DNA of 59,908 bases, the filler included. It is 9 parts of 9 records of this genome, joined end to end, with 100 filler letters (N's around TTAATTAATTAA, not from the genome) between each part and the next. Parts side by side here need not be neighbours in the genome. Positions count along the whole stretch, not along the records: positions 40,914 to 47,031 come from SRR31147125_42892; positions 47,132 to 52,184 come from SRR31147125_42964; 7 more parts are not named here. One strand, given 5' to 3'. The translations under genes were made by a program, and so were the position numbers. Under the pieces are notes generated by a model that was not told the origin of the DNA, searched no databases, and saw only the letters and a program-made list of their open reading frames with translations. Below, piece after piece: positions 41,102 to 51,897 of this stretch (position 1 is its first letter; the number at the start of each line of letters is the position of its first letter).

Positions 41102-41140
41102 TGTGTGAGGAAAATCGTCTGGTTTTCCTCACACATTTTT
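41102..41140 (+). terminator. Intrinsic terminator
   Basis: TGTGTGAGGAAAA-loop-TTTTCCTCACACA followed by T5. Confidence 0.8.
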
Positions 41141-41201
41141 ATTATAAAATAGACAAAATATACATAATTACTTCTAAAAATAATTTTATTTATAGCTTGA
41201 C

Positions 41202-41230
41202 TTTACACTAATCGCAAACAATGCTACAAT
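41202..41230 (+). promoter_or_regulatory. Sigma70/SigA promoter candidate
   Basis: TTTACA-17 bp-TACAAT with extended -10 TG, upstream of 41288. Confidence 0.5.
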
Positions 41231-41287
41231 TTGAGATGTCTCGACATTTTTAGCAGCTTTTGGAATGTTTTTGGGTAAGGTGATGAT

Positions 41288-43117
41288 TTGAAAAGCTTTC
41301 GTTTTGTTACATATCTGCTGGCCATACTCATAAGTTTATATGCGTCGCCTGCCGTGTCTTTGTCCGATTTCCGCACGGAGATCGCGGATGAGGTGCATTA
41401 TGATACATTGGTACAAGCTGACACGTTTGAATCGGACGACAGCTCCTTGCTCGCTACCAGCCTCGCTGCAGATGAAACACTGGCGCCGGAATCAGAACAG
41501 CTGCCGGAATATCTTAATTATATATTGATGCAGCTGTCTAATTCAAATGCTGTACATAACGGGGAAAAAGTTAAACTGACAAACGGCTTTGGTACCCCTG
41601 TTAACCCGTATTATCAAGACGATTTTGCAATGGTGCCTCTTCGGGTCATCGCGGAAACGTTTGATTATACCGTCACATGGGACGAGCTTTCTCAAACAGC
41701 CACTGTCCTCAGTGCCGATATTAACGTCAGCTTCTCCGTCGGCAATCTATACGCAGAAGCTGACGGGCGGATGCTCAAACTCAACGCCCCGGTTACTTTT
41801 AAAAACGGAACAGTTTATGTACCCGCAAGGGCACTAAGCAATATACTCGGCTGTTATATTCACTATTACGATAAAAACAGCGGTGAATATCTTCTGATTT
41901 CTGATTATCCCGTCAGCTCCGGGGATCAGTCCGGCGATAATACATCAAACGGCGACTACAGCAGTTATTCACCCGATCTAAACCTTACCTCATACAAAGA
42001 CCTTGGCTCAACTTTTTTGGGGCCTTCGCTGTCCATGTACGCCTCCTGCACCTTATTTTTAAGATGCGACTGTACACATTCCATCATAAACGGTACCGAT
42101 TCAATCATTTCGGGTTCGAATTCAAATGCTGTTGCCCCTATCGTAGCATCAGACGGCAATATGTTTGTACCGCTGATGTATTGCGCTGAGGCTTTCGATG
42201 CTGACGTGAAAACAACAGCCGACGGGGCGCTTTCTATAGTGCGCAACGGGGCTACTTCCGTTTTTCCGGCAGCGGAGGGGTATTTCATTCAAAACGGAAT
42301 ACTAATATCGGACGCCAATTACATCACACGAGAATTTGACGGTACAATTTATACAACTGTGCAGGCATTTGCCGATGCTATGAATATTAATTACACTCTC
42401 CTCGAATCAAAAACAGTAGTTTTTTCGACCTATGATTTCACACAATATGATAATTTAGCGTATTATACCGAAATACAGGCCGCCAAGCTCTTGCTGCAGC
42501 CTACAATTAGCGGTTATATTGCACTGACGTTTGACGATGGTCCCTCGGGCGATATAACTGTTCGTCTTTTAGACGGGCTGGCGGATAGATCTGTCCATGT
42601 GACATTTTTCTTGTGTAATTACAGGATCACCGCATATCCTGAGCTTATGTCACGTTATCTGACGGAAGGTCACGAAATCGGTAATCACAGTGCCAGCCAT
42701 CCGAATATGACGCACCTTTCCGGCAGAGAAATCGAGACAGAGCTTGATACGACAAGCGATACCATCACACAATATACCGGCGTAACGCCGCATCTTTTCC
42801 GGCCTCCCGGCGGTTCGTACAACGATCGTGTGCTCTTAGCGCTAGAGGAACGGTCAATGTCCTGTATCATGTGGAACGTCGATCCGAAAGATTGGCAGGA
42901 CCACGACAGCGGACTTATCGTAAGTCGGGTAATGTCGTCCGTTAAAGATGGTTCCGTCGTTTTACTTCATGATTTATACAACACCTCCGTTGATGCCGGA
43001 CTTGAGATCATCGACATCCTTCAAAGTGAAGGTTATAAAATAGTAACAGTTTCTGACCTGGCGTTTATTAAAGGTTATGACCTGCAGCCCGGACAGGTGT
43101 ATTATAACTTTTCGTAA
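41288..43117 (+). CDS. Polysaccharide (CE4/NodB) deacetylase with N-terminal copper-amine-oxidase stalk domains
   Basis: Signal peptide. Stalk motifs MVPLRVIAE, VYVPARAL and MFVPL. CE4 motifs ALTFDDGP, HEIGNHS..H, FRPPGG, DPKDW and LLHD. Confidence 0.9.
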   Translation: MKSFRFVTYLLAILISLYASPAVSLSDFRTEIADEVHYDTLVQADTFESDDSSLLATSLAADETLAPESEQLPEYLNYILMQLSNSNAVHNGEKVKLTNGFGTPVNPYYQDDFAMVPLRVIAETFDYTVTWDELSQTATVLSADINVSFSVGNLYAEADGRMLKLNAPVTFKNGTVYVPARALSNILGCYIHYYDKNSGEYLLISDYPVSSGDQSGDNTSNGDYSSYSPDLNLTSYKDLGSTFLGPSLSMYASCTLFLRCDCTHSIINGTDSIISGSNSNAVAPIVASDGNMFVPLMYCAEAFDADVKTTADGALSIVRNGATSVFPAAEGYFIQNGILISDANYITREFDGTIYTTVQAFADAMNINYTLLESKTVVFSTYDFTQYDNLAYYTEIQAAKLLLQPTISGYIALTFDDGPSGDITVRLLDGLADRSVHVTFFLCNYRITAYPELMSRYLTEGHEIGNHSASHPNMTHLSGREIETELDTTSDTITQYTGVTPHLFRPPGGSYNDRVLLALEERSMSCIMWNVDPKDWQDHDSGLIVSRVMSSVKDGSVVLLHDLYNTSVDAGLEIIDILQSEGYKIVTVSDLAFIKGYDLQPGQVYYNFS

Positions 43118-43151
43118 TATTTAAGCCTTCTGATGTGCCCTATATAAATAA

Positions 43152-43182
43152 AGAAAGCTTCGCAAAAACGCGAAGCTTTCTC
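43152..43182. terminator. Bidirectional terminator
   Basis: GAAAGCTTCGC-AAAAAC-GCGAAGCTTTC between convergent genes. Confidence 0.75.
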
Positions 43183-43207
43183 GTTATTTTTTAAATCGGT
43201 TCTTTTG

Positions 43208-43621
43208 TTATTTAACAGTTATGGTTGCGATCTGATCCGGTTCTTCTCTATCATTGACATAAACCTCAGCCGTATATGTCCCAACGGGAAATCCGCTATC
43301 AACCGTTAAATTTGAATAAATGTACCGGGCCTCATCCAGCTTTATTACTGCTGTATCCACATCAATGGTTTCTTTTCCATCAGTATAACGCCAGACAATC
43401 GAAATAGTCGTATCGGAGGGAACATTTTCTGCTAACGCCGATATGTACATGACCGTATCGTCCGTATGAAACACCTCTGTAATGCCGATCGGTTTTCCCT
43501 CGCTGTCCACGTCCCTGCAGGATACGATTTCGGTGACTTTTGCGGAAGAGAAGCTGAAACTGCAGCCGACTGTAGCAAAAATCAGAATCAGGCATACTAA
43601 TACGCAAAACCTCTTTTTCAT
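43208..43621 (-). CDS. Hypothetical lipoprotein (Ig-like fold likely)
   Basis: Lipobox TVGC. GFPVGTYTAEVYVN beta-strand pattern. Confidence 0.7.
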   Translation of the reverse strand: MKKRFCVLVCLILIFATVGCSFSFSSAKVTEIVSCRDVDSEGKPIGITEVFHTDDTVMYISALAENVPSDTTISIVWRYTDGKETIDVDTAVIKLDEARYIYSNLTVDSGFPVGTYTAEVYVNDREEPDQIATITVK

Positions 43622-43675
43622 TGAATTTCTCCCTTCTTTTTTGTCTTAACCGCTTTTATAAGCGGGTTTCTTTTA

Positions 43676-43933
43676 TTAATCCGTTTGTTCAAACTTTTCT
43701 TCTTCTTTCTTTTCGCTTCCGGCTTTCTTTTTTTGTTCGATTACGGAAAAAACAAACGACGCGATTAAAAAAGCTATAGCGACAAAAACAATCGCTTTAT
43801 TATCCGTTAATGGGCATGCGCCGTCCGGAAGGCGGTTTTTCTGAATTATAAAATCTATTATTACATATACGCCCAGTGCTGCGCCTATGACCAACGTTAT
43901 ATTGCTTAAGTACGTAATAATCTTATTCTTCAC
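43676..43933 (-). CDS. Small 2-TM membrane protein
   Basis: Two hydrophobic helices flanking LPDGACP. RBS AAGGA. Confidence 0.65.
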   Translation of the reverse strand: MKNKIITYLSNITLVIGAALGVYVIIDFIIQKNRLPDGACPLTDNKAIVFVAIAFLIASFVFSVIEQKKKAGSEKKEEEKFEQTD

Positions 43934-44020
43934 TATATTAATTCCTTGCTCAAATTAATTAAATGCCATCGGTATTATCATATATCAAATAATGCAACTT
44001 CGTCCAATGTTATTGAATCA

Positions 44021-44053
44021 AAAAGCCTGCAAGCATCAAATCTGCAGGCTTTT
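44021..44053. terminator. Terminator hairpin
   Basis: AAAAGCCTGCA...TGCAGGCTTTT downstream of the USP gene. Confidence 0.65.
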
Positions 44054-44164
44054 GGACAATGGGCGAAGCTCATGAATTTAATAAGATGAAAAAATCCAGT
44101 CAACCAGAAAAACAGTACTAAAACATTGATAATTTAAGTGCTTACTTAGCGGTATAACGTTGTT

Positions 44165-44698
44165 TTAAGAAGCAGCTGAATCCGCAGAGCTGTTACAAAA
44201 TAAGCCGACATTAAAAATGCTTCTTCGTTGGCGCGTGTTTAAGTCTTTTTTCTTCACAATCACTACAGAGCAATGCGCATGCTCAACAACGTTCTTTGCA
44301 ATAGAACCGATTATTAAGCGCTTAATAGGATTGAGGCCGCGATGTCCCATAACGATAAGGTCATATTGACCATCTTCTGCAATTTCAAGTATCTTAGCTG
44401 TTATATCGCCCGTAGCCACCATCGATAAACTTTTCAACTTATCTGCTCCTATAGATAGAAGAAGATTTTCCAGCCGCTCTCCGGCATGTAGTTTCTCCGT
44501 TTCAAGTGTTGCTGCCAGCATGTCAAGATAGTCTGGACTCATAGCACCGCCGACAACACTGTATTGAAGCATTGTTTTATCCTCAATAACCGTTAGAAAA
44601 GTTATTTCACTGTTAAAGGCTTTAGCCATTTTTGAAGCCTCTTGAGCAGCTTGTACAGCTAGATCTGATCCGTCAAATGGCACTAGAATTTTTTTCAT
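44165..44698 (-). CDS. Universal stress protein (UspA family)
   Basis: MKKILVPFDGS and DLIVMGHRG...IGSIAKNVVEHAHCSVVIVK. RBS AAGGAG. The true stop may be ~44239 if the A-run on the coding strand is one base too long. Confidence 0.92.
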   Translation of the reverse strand: MKKILVPFDGSDLAVQAAQEASKMAKAFNSEITFLTVIEDKTMLQYSVVGGAMSPDYLDMLAATLETEKLHAGERLENLLLSIGADKLKSLSMVATGDITAKILEIAEDGQYDLIVMGHRGLNPIKRLIIGSIAKNVVEHAHCSVVIVKKKDLNTRQRRSIFNVGLFCNSSADSAAS

Positions 44699-45066
44699 AA
44701 AAAACACTCCTTTAGTGATTAATAATGGTTTGCGTTTCTTATGTTCTGGCAATCAATTGCGGAAGCCGGGTGGTCATTATGCCTATAATGGCAGATGCTA
44801 TTTTAGTCTCCCTTGTTTACATTTTACTATTTCTTGTCTAGTTTTGCAACTTAATTATTGAAGTAATGAAATATAGTCATCAATGTCTCTTGCTTTCTAA
44901 ATTCAAGAGCTTTGCTATAATAAGAATTTGAAATTTTACATCTTCATCAAATCCTGTCGGTATAAGGTGTTTGATCACTTCGTATCCTGTAATTAAAACC
45001 GGTGCAGTAATGCTGCACCGGTTTATCATTTTTTCTCGATAAATCAAGTGGGGATTGTTCAAAGAG

Positions 45067-46089
45067 CTAGATGCCCAAATCACCAAGATCGCCCATACCG
45101 CCGATATCAGCGTAGTCGCTCAAATCGAAAACTTCTGCACCTTCGGGATACGCGAAATCATCCTCGGTAACTGTGCCAATAGACAGATCCCTGAAGAAAT
45201 AAGAAACCACTGTCTCACCCTGCTCTGTAACGTCCATTTTAATTATTATTCCGTTATCTGCCCAGACATAAAACGTTGTGACATATTCGGGCATAGTGCT
45301 CTCGTAAACATATACGGTCTTTCCGTCGAGCTCTTCCGTGCCTGTGTAGTATGTTGAAGAAAATAATTCGGGATCCAGTTCTTCAGCTACCGTGAATGGC
45401 GTTTCGATTTCAACTTCTTCAGTCAACGGTGCAACCGTGAGCTGATTTGCGGACTTGACATAAACACCCATAGTTCCCTGTGAGCTGTTACAGAATATGA
45501 TTTGTCCTTCAGCATCCCACTTTATGTCCGAATCCATTACCCATCCTTCCACTGTATCAGAGCCCATGGATGTTGTCAGATCAAGAATGAAATGATAGTT
45601 TGTATACTCTGCGCCGGTACTGAGCACATCGGAGAAGCCCGGCTCCTCGGCCTCCGTTGAAACATAGCCTATATCAGAGGCTGTGCCAGAACCTTCGGCA
45701 GCTTCCGCCGTCTGGACGCTGTTATCGGTCGTCAGTATGTAATCCGCCGGAAGCGAAGATTCGTCCACGGATATCTCAACAGCACTGCTTTCTGTCGTAA
45801 ATTCGTACTGTCCAGCGCTGTCTGTCGTACAGGATTGTCCTTCGCAGTCGATTACAACACCTTCCAGACCGGTCTCGCCGCTGTCAAGCGTCCCGCTGCT
45901 GTCTTCGTCATAAAAAACAATACCGGATATAACGTTAGAGACCACTTCAGCATCCGAAACTTCTTCGGTATTGTCTGTCCCGCTTTCCTGTACAGATTCA
46001 TCCGATGTGTCGGGTGTATCGTCTTGCGTACATGCGGTAAAAGTTCCAATCAAAACAAAACATAATAAAAACAACATCAGCTTTTTCAT
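45067..46089 (-). CDS. Acidic lipoprotein with SdrD B-like domain and a C-terminal LolA/DUF4412-like region
   Basis: Lipobox FTAC. ISGIVFYDEDSSGTLDSGETGLEGV...TTDSAGQYEF is SdrD B-like. GTEELDGKTVYVYE...YVW...VTEDDFAYPEG at the C-terminus. Confidence 0.75.
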   Translation of the reverse strand: MKKLMLFLLCFVLIGTFTACTQDDTPDTSDESVQESGTDNTEEVSDAEVVSNVISGIVFYDEDSSGTLDSGETGLEGVVIDCEGQSCTTDSAGQYEFTTESSAVEISVDESSLPADYILTTDNSVQTAEAAEGSGTASDIGYVSTEAEEPGFSDVLSTGAEYTNYHFILDLTTSMGSDTVEGWVMDSDIKWDAEGQIIFCNSSQGTMGVYVKSANQLTVAPLTEEVEIETPFTVAEELDPELFSSTYYTGTEELDGKTVYVYESTMPEYVTTFYVWADNGIIIKMDVTEQGETVVSYFFRDLSIGTVTEDDFAYPEGAEVFDLSDYADIGGMGDLGDLGI

Positions 46090-46499
46090 AAATACACCTC
46101 GTTTACTGAAATAAGTATAATAATAGAGAACTCTCAATTCGTTCTACATTTTCAGTCCATCCCTGTAATACAAGCAGTATATCGACGTTGCATAAAAGTG
46201 TCAAGCATTTAGACTATGGCAATATCGCGGTAAAGCTGCATATGCATCTTTATTAGTATTCAGTAAACTTAGGGTTCAAATCATTTACTTCCGTTAGCTT
46301 TGTTTTTAATATGACATCATATAAGATAATTTGTGCTTTTTTATTATAACTGTTATGTTTAATGGTATAATGCAAATTACAGACAAGGAAGCAGCAGAAC
46401 TGATAAAAAAAATAATATTGAAACAGCACAAATGACCCATCCCAACATCTATTTTATAATAAAATTTTATAGATAGCAGCCGGATGTAAGGAGAATATT

Positions 46500-47031
46500 A
46501 TGATCGAGCATGTGGATAATCAAATAATTTACTATGACGTAAAAGGAGAAGGTCTTCCCATCATCATTTTGCATGGTCTTCATCTAGACAGCATCACTAT
46601 GATACATGCTATTGAAGAACGTACCATATCCTTAAATGGCTTTCAAAGAATATATATTGACATGCCGGGCATGGGTCAGTCACCAGCTCACAGTATGGAA
46701 AACAATTCTGACACGATGTTGGAATTGCTGGCTATATTGATAGAAAAATTGGTTGCGGAAAAACCCTTTATTGTTATGGGTTATTGCTACGGCGGTTACA
46801 TGGCACGGGGTATCGCTAAAAAATTCTTGAATCAGGTAATTGGTGAAGTGCTTATCTGCCCTGTTGTGGTTCCTCAAGTGTCAAGGAGGACGCTTGTATC
46901 CATAACTAATCAGGCTGTTGACCGTAAGTTCTTAGACACACTACCACTCCAAAAACAGGAGGAGCTCCTTAAAAGTATGGTGGTCATAAACAAACGAACC
47001 TATAATAGGAGTGAGATAGATTTTCTCAGAG
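46500..47031 (+). CDS. Alpha/beta hydrolase (3' truncated)
   Basis: GEGLPIIILHG, YIDMPGMGQS. The elbow reads GYCYGG (Cys at the nucleophile position). Confidence 0.85.
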
Positions 47032-47131
47032 NNNNNNNNNNNNNNNNNNNNNNNNNNNNNNNNNNNNNNNNNNNNTTAATTAATTAANNNNNNNNNNNNN
47101 NNNNNNNNNNNNNNNNNNNNNNNNNNNNNNN
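47032..47131. other. Artificial contig linker
   Basis: 44 N + TTAATTAATTAA + 44 N. Confidence 0.99.
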
Positions 47132-47764
47132 GCCACCATCTGCAGGGTTAAACTTGAGTCCGGCGTACTCCATAGGATTGTGTGAAGGAGTGAAATTGAT
47201 AGAACCGGCGGCACTAAGTTCTGTAACCAGCGCAGAACCGACACCTGTAGGGCATTCACCTGCGATATATGTCTTGACTCCTGCTGCTGCAAGCTCATTC
47301 TTGGCAATCTCAATAAACTCATCGCCCATAAATCTGTTATCACGAAATACCACTATACCATTCTGCTGCACCTGTGAAAATGATGAGTATTTATTGGTCT
47401 GCAAAAAAATCTCTGTCTGCATCATCTCTATAATGCCGCGTACTACTTTAGCCACATTGAGTGTGGTGAAATCTTCGCCAATAATCCCACGCCACCCGGA
47501 AGTACCAAAGACAACGGTGGTTATCTCGGTAGACTCCTTCGCCTTCTCACCCTGATATGCACGGACTCTGTCAATCACATCACGGCATAGCTCTATCGTC
47601 TGGACTGATGTCTCCGGACGGTTGTAATAGCAACCTGCAATCTTGGCTGCTTCCCAGATATGCCCTGCAGCAAGCTGCTCTCTGGCTTTTTCCACTTCTT
47701 TACTGTCTGTGACAGCCTTCTCTATCAGACCGGCAATCTCTGCCTTGAAACTATCTTCACTCAT
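47132..47764 (-). CDS. Phosphoglucomutase/phosphomannomutase, N-terminal part
   Basis: FGTSGWRG and TPSHNP (phosphoserine loop), GLKFN. Confidence 0.92.
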
Positions 47765-47836
47765 ATCTTTCCTCTATTTATATTATAAAAACCCCAAACG
47801 TTATTACTTGAAGAACCTCGGTTAAGAGAAGGTTAC

Positions 47837-50800
47837 TTATTCTTGCTCACTCAGTTTATCGAGCAGTTCAAGTCGCTCAACCTGAGCCTTCTCATACAAC
47901 TCATTGAGCTCATCAACCTTAGCCAGCTGTTCTCGAGAGAATTTCTTGTGCTCAGCAACAACCTCCTCAAGTTCACTCTCCTTGATCCTGAGAGCCTTCT
48001 CCAGCTCTGCTACCTTTCCACCTGCATCAGCACCCGCAAGCTCCGTGCGTTCTTCTGCAGCCTTATAATCAGCGACAAGTTTTTCCAGTCCTTCAACATC
48101 ACCGACCAGACCTTTATTACAGTCAATCAGTTCGTCAAGATGCGACTGGCGCTCGTTCGCCTTATTGAGCTCTACCGACAGTTTACGGTGGACAATCTCC
48201 TCCTCAGCCAGTGCCTTCTTGATTTCCTCCAGCTCACGCGCCATACTCTCTGCCTGCCACGCCTGCTCTTCCAGAAAGACAACCTTCTCCGCCAGCTTCT
48301 TCCAGTCCTCAACCTTGCCGTCGAGCACCTCTTTCTCATCACTCAGCTGAAGCACCTTCTTCTCGCTCTTCTGCAGATTGAGACGGGTATCAGCAAGCTC
48401 CTGATGCAACTCCCCGGCAACAACTGCGTCCTCTTCCAACTCGGCAATACGCTGCTGCATGCGGACAACATCTTCCTTGAGCTGCTTCTCATCCCATTCT
48501 TTCTGCTTGAGCTGGTCAGTCTTCTCACGGAGGACAGCCTGAATCTCTTCGACATTTCTCGTGACAATCTCTTTGTCTGCGCTGCTCTTCTTCTGTACTT
48601 CTTTGAACTCCAGATCAAGCTTTGCGTAATTATCCAGGCTCTCCTGCAGTTCCTTGGTCACCTTATCAAGCTGCATCTCTTTCTGCAGAGACTCAAACTG
48701 CACCTTCTCACGCACCTCTTCATCATGCTTGAGTTGTGACTCAAGATCATCATGCTGACGGGCAAGCTGTGACTGTAGTTTGGCAATATCATCCTGCTTG
48801 TCCTCAAGTTCGATACGCAACTCAGCCACACTATCCTCATAAGAGGAAAGCTCTTCAACACGCTGCTCTGCTTTCTCTTTCAACTCTGATTCCTGCTGTA
48901 ACTTCCACTCGTAATCTCTGAGTTTATCATCAGCCTCTTTCAGGCGCTGCTGAATATCCTCAACCTTGCTTACAGCTGATTCAATTGACTCTTGTTTATT
49001 CTTCTCAAGCATTGCCAGTTCCTCCTTTTGCTCTTCAAGCTGCGCTTCCTGAGCTGTAACCTCTTTGCACTTGGCCATGAAGTTTTTGTTCAACTCCTCA
49101 CGCTCTGATGTAAGTTCCTGCAACGTTTTTTTATAATCCCGTATCCGTGTTTCAAAATGAGTGACTTTCTCTGTTTCCTGCTCAAGCTCACTCAGTCTCT
49201 CTTCTGCAGCAAGTAGTGCCTTGCCCTTCTCCCGCAGGCGCTCCTCAACCTCAACCTTCGCACTCTTAACGACCCGCAACTCGTCCTGCTGTTCGAGGTT
49301 TTTAGCAAACTCTTTCTTCTTCTCGGCAGTAACCCCTGAAAGCTCCTGCTCTTTCTTTATTAGCTCATCCTTGATACTGCTGAACTCTTTGGTAATATTC
49401 TCAACCTCGGTCTCACGGCTGACAATAACCTTTTTTAATTCCTTCTTCTCCTGCTTCAGCGCTTCATACTTCTCAGCTGCTTCTTGCTCTTTCTTCTCCG
49501 CTGCCGTCTCTGTCTCAGCAAGAGCACTCTTATGTTCTGCTCCTATACGGCTAATCTCTGCGAGCAGGCTGTCTTTCTCTTTATCCGCAGCATTTATCAG
49601 GTTCTCCAGCTCTGTCGCCTTCTCCTGCACCAGCTGCTGCTCCCTCTCCTGCTCCTCCTTGAGCAGGCGCTCAAACTTATTCCGCTCTTCTTCAATATGA
49701 GTAAAATCTGCCAGAGAATTCTGTACAGTCCGCAGTTCCCGCTCTGCCTCTTCCCGGGCTGATCTCTCCCGTTCAAGCCCTACATGCTCTGCTTCAATCA
49801 GAGCAGCCTGCCCAGCTTCCAGCTCGAGACATCTCTCTTCAAGAGTAGAGACCACCTGTTGCAGGTTACCTGCAAGCTTGTCACTCGCTGCAAGTCTCCG
49901 GCTCAGTTCTGCGCTCTCAGCCAGCGCCTTCTTCTCAGCATCTTTTGCCTGAGCAGCTGTACTGACAGCATTATCACGTTCATGTGCAAAATTATTCTTA
50001 AGCTTCTCAGCTGCTGCGGCTTTCTCAAGCGCAAGGTTCATCTTCTCTGTACTCTGCTGGGCAAACTCTGCGGCTGTCTCTGCCTGCCTGTAAGCTTCAT
50101 GCGCTGCAGTCTCTGCTCTGGTTCTGGCATTATTGTCTGCTTCTGCCTGCTGCTGATACTTTGCAGACGTCTCCTCAGCATCCTTAATACCTCGCTGGAG
50201 AGAGCTTTTCTCACCTGCAAGGCGATTTATATTATCATTCAACCCGCCAATCTGACCAGTAAGCTCCTGAATATAATTCTCTTTATGCCCGATCTCCTGC
50301 TGGAGGTAGGCTTTTTCAGAAGCAAGCTTTTCCAGACTCTCGGCGCTGCCTGCAGCAAGTTTCTCCTGCTCATGACTGAGGTCGGCAAGGCTACTCTTCT
50401 GAGTTGCAATTTCTGTCAGAAGCTGCTGGATATATTCCTCTTTATTGACCAATTCCTGCTGAAGATATGCCTTTTCAGAGCTGAGATTACTGATACTCTC
50501 CTCGCTGCTCCGTGAGATCTCCTCCTGTTTCTGACTTAGAGTAGTGATACTGCTCTGTTTCTCTGTTTCCAGCTTTTGAATTGAATTAGTCTTCTCTTCC
50601 ATCTCACCCAGCAACTGCTGGATATAATTCTCTTTATTATCAAGCTCCTGCATAAGATGTTGATTATCCGCCTGCAGTCTACTGCTATAGCTCTCTTTAT
50701 CCTCAAGAGACTCCTTGAGCTTACTCTCTTCCTGCTGCAACTCCTGCTGAACTTTTTTATTCTCTTCCAGCTCCTGAATTTTATTCTCGGAAATCTTCTT

Positions 50801-51520
50801 TATCTCTATTGCTTCCTGCTGCACCTGCTCTGCTGCCTGCCTGCTCTCTGCCAGCAATCGTTCTTTAGCAAGCAATTCTTTACGGTACTCTTCCGCACGT
50901 GATTTTATCGCCTCAATCTCCATCCGTGCACTCTCTGCCTCTTTACGAGACTTTGCAGACTCTGCCTGCGCCTCCAGCACAGCTTCTTTATTCGCCTCAG
51001 ACTCTGTTCTGGCTTTATCCAGAGCAAGCCTATGTTTATCGATCTCTGCAACAAGCTTCTCATCTGCCAGATCATTGATAACAACCGCCTTCTCAGCACC
51101 TTTACCCTTGATGAATTTTAATGTAGCCTTCTTGCTGACAACAGCCTTGCTGTTACGGCAGAACCTGGCTATTTCATCGACATCCAGAGCGGTATAATCC
51201 TCTATGCGGCTGACCCCGATACTCTCTACTGCTTTTCTAGTATGACTGTCTGCATTGTCCAGAACCACAATAAGCGGAACATCCCCTGCAAGTTTTCTGA
51301 CATGATTGACATTGGCAACCTCTTCGGAATTTGCCAGTTTTGGGACAAGGATAATAACTGAGAAGACATCATTCTCCAGCCTATGCTCGGCATCAGGCAT
51401 ATTGGCAGCCATATTTATATGCAGATCATGATAATCTGAAAAAGCAAAACGGGCAAAGATATCACTCATACCTTTTCTGCAGTCCTCGATAAGTAAAATA
51501 CGATAAATTGCATCGCCCAT
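47837..51520 (-). CDS. Receiver-like N-terminal domain fused to a ~1050-aa coiled coil
   Basis: RILLIED N-terminus with a beta/alpha pattern, then Glu/Lys/Gln/Leu-rich heptads to the end. RBS AGGAGA before 51520. Confidence 0.8.
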   Translation of the reverse strand: MGDAIYRILLIEDCRKGMSDIFARFAFSDYHDLHINMAANMPDAEHRLENDVFSVIILVPKLANSEEVANVNHVRKLAGDVPLIVVLDNADSHTRKAVESIGVSRIEDYTALDVDEIARFCRNSKAVVSKKATLKFIKGKGAEKAVVINDLADEKLVAEIDKHRLALDKARTESEANKEAVLEAQAESAKSRKEAESARMEIEAIKSRAEEYRKELLAKERLLAESRQAAEQVQQEAIEIKKISENKIQELEENKKVQQELQQEESKLKESLEDKESYSSRLQADNQHLMQELDNKENYIQQLLGEMEEKTNSIQKLETEKQSSITTLSQKQEEISRSSEESISNLSSEKAYLQQELVNKEEYIQQLLTEIATQKSSLADLSHEQEKLAAGSAESLEKLASEKAYLQQEIGHKENYIQELTGQIGGLNDNINRLAGEKSSLQRGIKDAEETSAKYQQQAEADNNARTRAETAAHEAYRQAETAAEFAQQSTEKMNLALEKAAAAEKLKNNFAHERDNAVSTAAQAKDAEKKALAESAELSRRLAASDKLAGNLQQVVSTLEERCLELEAGQAALIEAEHVGLERERSAREEAERELRTVQNSLADFTHIEEERNKFERLLKEEQEREQQLVQEKATELENLINAADKEKDSLLAEISRIGAEHKSALAETETAAEKKEQEAAEKYEALKQEKKELKKVIVSRETEVENITKEFSSIKDELIKKEQELSGVTAEKKKEFAKNLEQQDELRVVKSAKVEVEERLREKGKALLAAEERLSELEQETEKVTHFETRIRDYKKTLQELTSEREELNKNFMAKCKEVTAQEAQLEEQKEELAMLEKNKQESIESAVSKVEDIQQRLKEADDKLRDYEWKLQQESELKEKAEQRVEELSSYEDSVAELRIELEDKQDDIAKLQSQLARQHDDLESQLKHDEEVREKVQFESLQKEMQLDKVTKELQESLDNYAKLDLEFKEVQKKSSADKEIVTRNVEEIQAVLREKTDQLKQKEWDEKQLKEDVVRMQQRIAELEEDAVVAGELHQELADTRLNLQKSEKKVLQLSDEKEVLDGKVEDWKKLAEKVVFLEEQAWQAESMARELEEIKKALAEEEIVHRKLSVELNKANERQSHLDELIDCNKGLVGDVEGLEKLVADYKAAEERTELAGADAGGKVAELEKALRIKESELEEVVAEHKKFSREQLAKVDELNELYEKAQVERLELLDKLSEQE

Positions 51521-51897
51521 ATTGTCTCCTAAAGAATTCATTGACAGCTTTCCTGTTTTATTTTATCTATATGCTGCTATAAATATTTATATTATTAAAA
51601 TAGCTGGCTGAGCCTGAAGTTTGAAATAAGAAAATTCCAGCCCGATTTTTATTAAACCAGTAGAAAACATTCTACCTTAGATGTTTTTTTTGTCAACGTC
51701 ATTTTCAAGGATATATCTATATTCGGTCAGGATTGAAAATTTATTTGCCGCATAATCCCCCAGACTGCCCCATTTCTACCCTTCCTCTTGCATAAAACCC
51801 TGTTATTCTTAAAATATCCTGTATAATCCTGTTCAGCCGGATAAGATACAAAAGGCTGGAAAATCTGAGCCGGACATATAAATGAAAAGGGAGAATC

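Noticed and set aside
44700..44830. Riboswitch upstream of the USP gene
   Set aside because: No match to fluoride, yybP or c-di-AMP consensus motifs could be identified by eye.
47843..50515. Long + strand ORFs (298, 179 and 243 aa)
   Set aside because: Antisense shadows of the coiled-coil gene, Leu/Ser-rich because of its codon bias.
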